Of a stretch of DNA of 64,000 nt, positions 57,732 to 64,000 are shown in pieces (position 1 is the first letter of the stretch; the number at the start of each line of letters is the position of its first letter). The notes beneath the pieces are model-generated. The model was not told the origin of the DNA, ran no database searches, and worked only from the letters and a program-made list of their open reading frames with translations. Origin of the DNA: Chara braunii. Taxonomy: Eukaryota; Plantae; Charophyceae. A program made the translations under genes and the position numbers. The stretch lies in the NCBI GenBank assembly GCA_003427395.1, contig BFEA01000020.1, positions 5,770,855 to 5,834,854 on the forward strand, in the 5' to 3' direction.

Positions 57732-60201
57732 AAAGGCATATTTGCAATTGGGGACCTGTGGGAGTGCCAGACAGGAACCTGGAGGTCGGGCCAGCAACTG
57801 CAGCCAAGTCTAAAAGCAGTACGAAATATCCAGGGCAAACTTAAACAGCTGCGAGAGGCGATCCCGCAGCCATAGGTGGATGCCGTAAGGGACGGTCAGT
57901 CGCTGCACAGCCTAGACAGGGTCACCCGGGCCAGCACGAACCCCACCCCTATGTCCATTTTTAGGGTGGTTCACATTACACAGGTGTAGGCGTGACAACG
58001 CAAGCATACGAACCTGATGTGTCGGGGACGAGGTGGGCAGCTTTGAGAAGGGTCCCGGACTTGGCCTGCACGATTGCGGCTGACGAGCTCACCAGAATCA
58101 GAGTGGTGGGGACAGACGACACAGGCTACTATGCCTACGAAATGTCCACCCAAATATCTGCTCTTCCCTTTGACCCAGACGAGTGGGAATGGAAGGGTCA
58201 AAACCCCACCCCCATCTGGCAATACACAGCTAAGGAGGGGTATAAGAGGGCCCATGACCTACTCCCATCCACACAGATAGTTCAACAGAGATGGAAGAGG
58301 GACTCCCCAGTACGAGAGGACAGCTTGAGACATATCCCGTAGACAACCTATGCTCGCATAATGCCCACCTCCCATAGAGCCTTGCAATGGCAAATAATGC
58401 ACCGCTGCCTCCTGACTCCGGATTGGGTGACCTCCAGATCAAGCTTGGAGCACGCAGGTGTCATGTCCCCTATCTGCTCTCAATGAGGTCCCCGGGCCAA
58501 AAGCCACAGGGCTGACCTGGACACTGCTTGCTCGCATGCCCGATGGCAATAAGGATTTGGCAATGGTGGGACACAATGTGGCATACCCTCACAGGAACTG
58601 TGTTTCACTGCGACGTTGCGCTCATCCTCCTAGGAAAACAAAGAAACTTCCCAGCTGCTTGGACCCCCTTCCAACGAAACCTGTCCGGACATATGCGGTT
58701 GGCAGTACTCATGGTAATATGGCGAATGAGATGCTCAGGGGAACGCCACGACGCAGCATTTGGCTACTGCCGAGCTAAAGCAGAGCTGGTGGAGGTCATC
58801 ATGGCAAACCTGCTGAAAGCCAGCAGAAAATTAACTGAAGTACTGTCTGCGAGCCCGGACAGAGAGAGTAAACAACAGGTCATCACGGCCTTTCGGGAAC
58901 TCTGGATCAACCCCCACGGAAAGCTAGCAGAAGTGCAGGAAAACGGAAAGCTGACATGGAAAAACTGGACAGCACAGGAGGACCAGTGGCCCTTCCGACC
59001 GCCTCACAGCTTTCCTACCCCTCTGTCGGGCCAAACAAAAGGAGCAATGGTATCAATGCCTTCAATGTCAAGCCCAGCAACCCAGACTCTAGGGGGTCCG
59101 GGCCCCCAATCACCCCTCCCCTCACTCGACGCCCGTCCCCCCAACTCTACCTCCACCATCGACTCCCTCACCCCCCCCCCCCCCCCCCCCCCCCCAATGC
59201 CAACGGAAACCCCACCTGCTACTTTACCCCAGCCCCGTGCGTCCCTACCCCTAGAACGACAATGAAAGGCCATCCCCATCAAGATTGCAGCAACATCGGA
59301 GGACATTCATCGGCAGCAAGAAAAGATGGGGTTCGTGGAAAGAGACACGAGACTCACCGATCCAGGAGGGAACTCAGGTGAGACATATTGCTGACGGCGG
59401 CCTGCTCAGTACAGTGGCTGAACATCTTCAAGCTACACAGGAACAGAACGCTGCATCACATAAGCTCTGGCTTCAGGCTTCTGTCGCAGCCGAGACCACG
59501 TAACAGGGCAGAGATGACCAAGTTGTGATAGGACTACCTCTCCACAGACGACAAAGCCAGAATAGCCACCACAAGGTCCCACAAGATCCTGCATTACATG
59601 ACCCCAGTCATACCTGCTACACAAGAACCACATACACTAGGCTATTGTCTGTTTCTAGCCAGGGAGGGCGACTAATGAGTCCCGAGCTCACTGTCACTCA
59701 CCTCTCGCTGTCAAGCAGGCAAGTAACCTACGCCACCATAGCAGATCTACCCGCCTAACCTCATTCTTTGAAGGTGAGCCCTGCAGCTTACAGTCCAGGC
59801 TTCAAGGATCACAAAAGGCATGTGCATGAGGTCGAAGAGGGTATATAGGGTTTAAGGGGTCCAAATAGATTAAACAAACCTCAGGGGGCTGCAGAACAGG
59901 GCTGAGCTAATAGATAAGGGCTGCTCTAAGAAGGGAAGGGTGTCACTAGCAGTTCCATAGGACAACGGAGACCCAGGTCTGAGAAGAGAAAAGCCCACAG
60001 ACCCAGGAAAACAACAAATAAGCAATCTTTGTGTTATAAGATGTATCAATGGGACGCTGGACCCGGTTTCCAGCAGGTGCCGCTCCCCACCAATAGATGG
60101 AGCAGGCCCACCGAGAAACCCTCAATCCTGACGTTTCTCTTACCACCGCCAGGATGGAGGGTTTACACAAGGGCTTTTCTTGAAAAAAAAAAAAAAAAAA
60201 A
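56920..60201 (+). mobile_element. 5'-truncated L1/Tx1-like LINE with probable TSD
   Basis: LRSALSAYLWKND..VAWKFVTQPKRVGDLGILDP; LQWQIMHRCL; LLACP..WQWWD; poly(A) 60183-60201; TSD AAAAGTTGG(A/C)AGA at ~56907 and ~60198. Confidence 0.9.
57592..57729 (+). mobile_element. ~140-bp LINE 3'-end insertion nested in another LINE
   Basis: Matches the tail of 19913-26270; poly(A); TSD AAGGAAAGG on both sides. Confidence 0.85.
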
Positions 60202-60465
60202 GTTGGCAGAACAAGTACAAAAACTCACAAATTTACGCAAATGCAAATACACCAACATCAATCGTGCAAGCTGGATTCATCCAAAAAAAAAAAAAAGGGT
60301 GGATTCGGCGCAGACTGCAAGGGAGGACCATGGCAAAAGGGAGAAAAACAAAGACAATACTCTCCAAACAGTGCTGCAGCAAAAGCATGCGAAGAGGGCA
60401 ACAAAGTCACACGGCAGCACTCAAAAACCCATTGAAACACCTGCTGCTGCAATGACTTGTCACAC

Positions 60466-60526
<61 letters not shown>

Positions 60527-60527
60527 N

Positions 60528-60605
<78 letters not shown>

Positions 60606-60851
60606 GGAGGGAGGGTAGGGGCAGGGAGACAGGGTTAGGGGGGCAGAGAGCAGCTGGTGTCAGGACACTGGCAGCACAGGTCGCTCCCACACACACAGAC
60701 TCGGTTCATATTGAACGGCCGTACAGGCAGCATGAAAAGATAGCCATTTCCATTGTTCTCCTGTGTGCGCCACCTCAGCACAGGGGAACGGCCTCAGTCA
60801 GTCCCCACACAGCTACTGGAGAGCATGCCGGGTAGCGGTAGACGATTATGG

Positions 60852-60984
60852 AAATTTTGCACCAAGGGTCAAATGGCCACAAGTACTGGGCCATAAATTT
60901 TTCACCAAGGGGGTCAAATGGCCACAAGTACTGGGCCATAAATTTTGCACCAAGGGGGTCAAATGGCCACAAGTACTGGGCCAT
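60852..60984. repeat. Minisatellite, ~45-bp unit x3
   Basis: CACCAAGGGGGTCAAATGGCCACAAGTACTGGGCCATAAATTTT. Confidence 0.92.
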
Positions 60985-62690
60985 CAGAAAAATTTGAATG
61001 GGCGCCCGGTAGCAGCAGCGTACAGGAGCACGGAAAAGATGCGAGCTCCCATCCACGCCACCATTTGTTGGCAGGCAGGCAGATTTTGACCGTTTGAGTG
61101 GGGGCACCTGGTCACACAAAACATGTTTGAGGTGCATGGAACAAAATTTCCCTCAACTGAAAACAATCCATGCCTATATAATATTTAAAAAAACAATAAT
61201 AATAAAAACAAGCTATGGATATACAGAAATGTGATAACTTGCAAAAATGGAGACTGTGAAACCTGTGCTTTTCTGGGTGTTTTATTCGCCGTTCTGTGTG
61301 TTTGGCTGTCCAAGTGCGTGTGTGTGTGTGCGTACAGCCGGGTGCGTGGGTTTGTGTGTTTTTTGGCAAACCCAGTCCTGCTGCAACCCTGCGACGGGTG
61401 TGGACCTGAGCAGTGGGTGGCTTAATAGGGGAAGGTAGGCCTGCCATAGCCGAACATCACGTAGCAGCGTATAGCAGGCAGAAAAGGACAATAAGGCAGT
61501 ACCTTTGGGTAGGCCAAAGGAGTGCTCTGCGGTCCGGTAGGTCTAGGGGTAGGTCCAAGGAGGGTACCACCCTGGGTAGAGCCTAAGCCTAAGCCTAGGG
61601 CCTGGAGGGGGAGTATCGGACTGCAATGATGTTCCTCGCCGAAAAGGAAGGGAACCTGTAGGCCCGGAGGCCGTGCAGCTTGGAAAGTCACAAGGGGAAG
61701 AGGCAGCGGCCAGATATTTGGCAAGGAGTGGTGAGTTGCTCTGCCTTATTTTTTGCGTGGCCAAGCAGCAATGTTGCTGCACCAGGACCTTGGCGAGTGA
61801 AGCGCCAAGCAGGAGCAGCAAGGTGGAGCTGCCACCCACCCTGACTATGGCATGGTTATGGCAGAGAGGAGAGTGAAGAAGAAGGATGACCTTGGCTATG
61901 GTGGACTGCATCTTCATCTCATTACTTGGCGTGGCATCTGGAAGGCCCCTGGTTGGGGTTCTGATGTTAAGACGACTCCAAATGGCGAAAGTAGGCTTGG
62001 CCGTAGAAGAGGAAGGAGCCATAAGAGCTCTGCCTTATTTTTCGAGTGGCCAAGCCGCAATGCTGCTGCACCAGGACCTTGGCGAGTGAAGCGCGAAGCA
62101 GCAGCAGCAAGGTGGAGCTGCCGCCTACCCTGGCTATGGCGTTTAGAACAAGGGCGAGGTAGGTGAACGGCATGGCTATGGCAGAGAAGCGAGGAAGGAA
62201 GCAGGAAGAGGAGGAGAGTGAAGGAGAAGGACGACCTTGGCTATGGTGGATTGCATCTTCATCTCATTCCTTGGCGTGGCATCTGGAAGGCCCCTGGTTG
62301 GCGTTCTGATGTAAAGCGACTTCGAATGGCGAAAGTAGGCTTGGCCGTAGAAGAGGAAGGAGCCATAAGAGCTCTGCGTTTTCCTTCAGACATGCGGGGG
62401 CTAGGCCTGGATGAGCCACCACAGCCTGATTCTCAACCAAGTAGAAAGAGGTGGTGGAGGAGGATCCAGGTGGACTTTTTGTGTTGCCGGCAGTAAGGAG
62501 AAAGAAGAAGAAGAAGAAGAAGAAGAAGAAGAAGAAGAAGAAGAAGAAGAAGAAGAAGATGGAGACAAGTTGGAATGGGAGAAGGAGAAGACGAAGAAGA
62601 AGAATACGATGTCACCCCTTTGCCATCACACCACCATCAAATCTCTATCATTTAAACTGCAACTGAATGGCTGTCTCTTTTTCTAAGGCT

Positions 62691-62723
<33 letters not shown>

Positions 62724-63535
62724 GCTTTGCAAGGGAAAAGAGCAACGCGAATGACAGAAACCAAATTGCATCATTCCATAAAAATTCAGATTGCCATGTG
62801 CTCGGACTGAAAAGCAAATTGCAACACACAAGATACACTAAATAATAGCAAAAAGCACTGAAGCCAATTGACAATGAAATCCCTCTCCTCGCCTCCAACA
62901 TCAATGTCCCCAATGTTGATCTCCTATATTGCATTCAGTGCCCAGACTACAATCAGACAGCACCTATCAACCTAGACTCTACAATGATGACAACAGGTCT
63001 GCTTGAAGTTCAGCAGCCTGATGACGAACGAAGACTCCGTCTGTAGTGGCCTGCTCATCACCACCACGTAAGCTTCCACACGCATCACTCACCCCTCATC
63101 TTCCCCACTCTGTCCCTCACCCAAGCACCACCACGCAACCTCCCAGGCTATGGCTGCTATGCCCAGGCTGCGCCTTTGCAGCTTCTTCCCCCCGCGCCTC
63201 GCCAGCGCCCTTTCTCACACTGCACGATCTTCGTCCAGCAAGTCCGCTCTCCAGCGGTGCTGCCGCCGTTCCGCCAGCCAGCATGCGCTGCAGGGAGTGC
63301 ACTCAATTCGTTTTGTGCATTTGCTGTCTGGGCAAGGCCGGCTCTGGATGCTCGACCTCTGTCCCAGTAGCTGCGCCCAGGGCCCTTTCAGAATGTGCCT
63401 GGGGCTCAACTGTAAGTACCCTGGGCCTCAGCATCTCTGCTGGGCCCAGCATCTTCAACCGCTCGGGCCTGCCAGTCGGTTAGAGATGCTGCGTGCAGCA
63501 ACCAACCCACAAGGCCCTTTTCTCCTCACACGGCC

Positions 63536-63976
63536 TCAGAACAGACCTCGTCGAATTTCCAGGGGCCTGCCTTCAGTTAGGGCAGGTGCAGACAGTTTCC
63601 AGCGGGTGCAGGCCCTCTCCAACCTAGACCGTTGGCGCCATGACTTGCACTCCCTCCCCCTCTGCTTCGAACGTCCTCTCCAATCCACTTGCTGCTTCCC
63701 TTTAATCATTCTTTCATAGTGGGATATGACTTGAGGGGCTGTCTTCATCAGCTCCTCTCTCATGAACCACCCATCTTCTTTAGGATCTGTATGATGCCTG
63801 AATCTGACCCATAACTGCATCTGGGGTTTCGGCAGTCTTCCTCTTCCCACTGGCTTATCCATACAGTCCATGGAAAGATTTTGTCCCAGTCCAGCAGGGA
63901 TCGGCGAAGATCTAACCAAGCCAAGAGGCGCTCGAGTCTCCTCAAGTTTGTCCCATCCCGTTGGTAAACCTGGCAC
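63536..63976 (-). mobile_element. Chromodomain-like C-terminus of a Ty3/gypsy (chromovirus) pol remnant
   Basis: QLWVRFRHHTDPKEDGWFMREELMKTAPQVISHYE fits the chromodomain pattern (Y/W)xV(K/R)(W/F)..(D/E)xW..xL..hh..YE; purine tract GAGGAGAAAAGGG just downstream. Confidence 0.65.
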
Positions 63977-64000
63977 GCTTCTACATACTTCTTCGCATCC

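Noticed and set aside
60051-60103. The 3' motif as an HDV-like, twister or hammerhead ribozyme
   Set aside because: I could not place the required helices or catalytic consensus by eye, and it lies at the 3' rather than the 5' end. It is kept as a pseudoknot of unknown function; self-cleavage is untested.

Overview
Repeat-dominated eukaryotic nuclear DNA from a draft assembly, with four N-gaps and two Nextera mate-pair junction adapters left in the first 1 kb. The U2/U6 sequences are plant-type, so a streptophyte (possibly a charophyte alga) is likely; this is inference. I can support no intact host gene. The window is a stack of decayed L1/Tx1-like LINEs from several divergent families: two long minus-strand copies with ORF1/APE/RT/zf-RVT and several 5'-truncated copies. 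It also holds three retroposed snRNA copies (one U2, two U6), many non-autonomous DNA transposons (TTAA-flanked, Harbinger/Tourist-like with TTA TSD, hAT-like with 8-bp TSD, foldbacks), a gypsy-type chromodomain remnant and simple repeats. The most notable signal is a compact RNA motif seen 13 times, located just upstream of the poly(A) tail wherever the tail is visible, in LINE families with otherwise unrelated 3'UTRs. It reads as a predicted H-type pseudoknot (GGG-AC-GCTGGA-CCC-GNTT-TCCAGC). In one lineage it is followed by a second pseudoknot and a hairpin with a conserved CTCTTAY loop. Compensatory or wobble changes and variable loop positions are visible across copies. All structures were folded by eye and novelty has not been checked against databases.
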